DNA of 63,018 nt, the filler included, from Circinaria calcarea (Eukaryota), in assembly GCA_051942165.1 (NCBI GenBank). It is 20 parts of 20 records of this genome, joined end to end, with 100 filler letters (N's around TTAATTAATTAA, not from the genome) between each part and the next. Parts side by side here need not be neighbours in the genome. Positions count along the whole stretch, not along the records: positions 59,977 to 63,018 come from JAVECS010003078.1; 19 more parts are not named here. One strand, given 5' to 3'. The position numbers and the translations under genes are program-made. This document shows, piece after piece, positions 61,928 to 63,018 of this stretch; the first letter of the stretch is position 1; every line of letters begins with the position of its first letter. Under the pieces are notes generated by a model, which ran no database searches, was not told the origin of the DNA, and saw only the letters and a program-made list of their open reading frames with translations.

Positions 61928-62053
61928 AATAATTGAATAGGGTATCTCAATAATCGGATAGGATGTTTTAATAATCGGATAGGGTGTCTCAATAATCGGA
62001 TAGAGTGTCTCAATAATCCGATAAAATGTCTCAATAGTCGGATAGAATGTCTC
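61928..62053 (+). repeat. 6 x 21-bp minisatellite in AT-rich tract
   Basis: Units AATAATCGGATAGRGTGTCTC start at 61928, 61949, 61970, 61991, 62012 and 62033. Confidence 0.9.
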
Positions 62054-62811
62054 TGCAGTCGAGACAGAAGTTTTTGGTTGGAGATAAGCCTTTCGTTAGT
62101 GTATTTATTATATATAGTGCATCCAAAAATAATAGGCACTTTCTTAGGATTTTTTTTTGGGGGGCGATCCCCGCGATAAATATTTTATACTGCGGACGGG
62201 CATCCGATTTGCTTATCGAAAGTATATTACGGTACCATAGCGCTTCGCTTACCATAATCCTTGCGACCACAGTAAAACATATCCCATCTCCAAAGCCAAT
62301 CGGAACCCACCTGACCCCTGACAATAGCACAGGGGCCCCGATGGCTCAGTCTTTGCACGAATCCAGACCTCCTTATTTAACAAAGGCGTATTATTCGTAG
62401 ATGAAGTTCTACAACACATCTTGGTTTATCGTGCAGCAGCCCGAAGATCCGCTACACTCTAAATCGATTTGCGGGAGGTGAACAACTGTTGTATTGAGCT
62501 ATGAACACCGGGCTCACAGGGTTCAGATTTTATCGAGTAGTGGGTAAGATATCAAACTGAATGCGGTCGCAAAAGCAACGTGTGGCAGATGCAGATACCC
62601 AGGGGATAGCATTCATCGCGGGAGAAGACTTCCTAAAGCAGATATGAAACTCGATGTTAAGTTGCATGCTATCTGGTATTCCATCTAAAAAGAGTGACTA
62701 AACGACTCGTGCGCGCATGCTAATGTTCTCCACCAACGCCTCAATAATGCATATGTACATGCTCAGACCATACTAGGAGCAGTTCGAACCCGCGAACTCA
62801 AATCTCTAAAA

Positions 62812-63018
62812 CTACCAACTTCCACTTCTCAACCCCCGAGCGTGATGCCTCCTCATATGCGACCTTGAGAACCTAGCACTTCTTTTGCCCGCTGCCGGTG
62901 CCATAATCATCTGGCCGTTGGAGCACACCGTGCCCGGGGCGACAGGCATAAACACAACGTGGCTGGTCGCATCGCACATTCCAATCATCTTTCCGTTGGG
63001 CGAACAGACGCCTTGTCC
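62812..63018 (-). CDS. Cys-containing C-terminal module of a secreted protein (CBM19/X278-like), 5'-truncated
   Basis: Manual translation GQGVCSPNGKMIGMCDATSHVVFMPVAPGTVCSNGQM...RRHHARGLRSGSW*; family assignment from recalled resemblance only. Confidence 0.55.
   Translation of the reverse strand, partial: GQGVCSPNGKMIGMCDATSHVVFMPVAPGTVCSNGQMIMAPAAGKRSARFSRSHMRRHHARGLRSGSW

Noticed and set aside
62766..62790. GGTTCGAAC B-box-like motif
   Set aside because: No acceptor stem or cloverleaf could be built around it.

Overview
This window is not one locus. It is 20 unrelated ~3.04-3.07 kb contigs, sorted by decreasing length and joined by artificial 100-bp N44-TTAATTAATTAA-N44 linkers. The DNA is from a filamentous ascomycete (Pezizomycotina): short GT-AG introns with CTRAY branch sites and a dispersed 5S gene. 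Most contigs carry whole or truncated housekeeping genes: RRD2, DBP5, a DNA ligase I paralog, CWF19, an MBD4-like glycosylase, FMT1, an Hv1-like channel, IZH3/PAQR, a Sec14-like protein, CDC16, PAB1, TOK1, CYT1, a GH3 beta-glucosidase and SPE3. Accessory content includes a trypsin-like protease, a KP4-toxin-domain gene, a HET-type pseudogene, an S28 peptidase pseudogene and a repeat-rich Zn-finger protein. The most striking feature is a complete tRNA-Thr(UGU) on the minus strand (22657-22829) split by two introns of spliceosomal type (GT...CTAAY...TAG) in the D-arm region rather than the canonical 37/38 position; one of them carries a Pol III B-box. Also notable are a Ty1/copia-type tandem-array TRIM with ~77-bp LTRs, a tRNA-like fold lacking a normal anticodon arm, an Hv1 homolog with altered selectivity and gating residues, and a KP4 domain fused to a Ser/Thr stalk with a hydrophobic anchor. 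All calls come from manual reading; no database searches were run.
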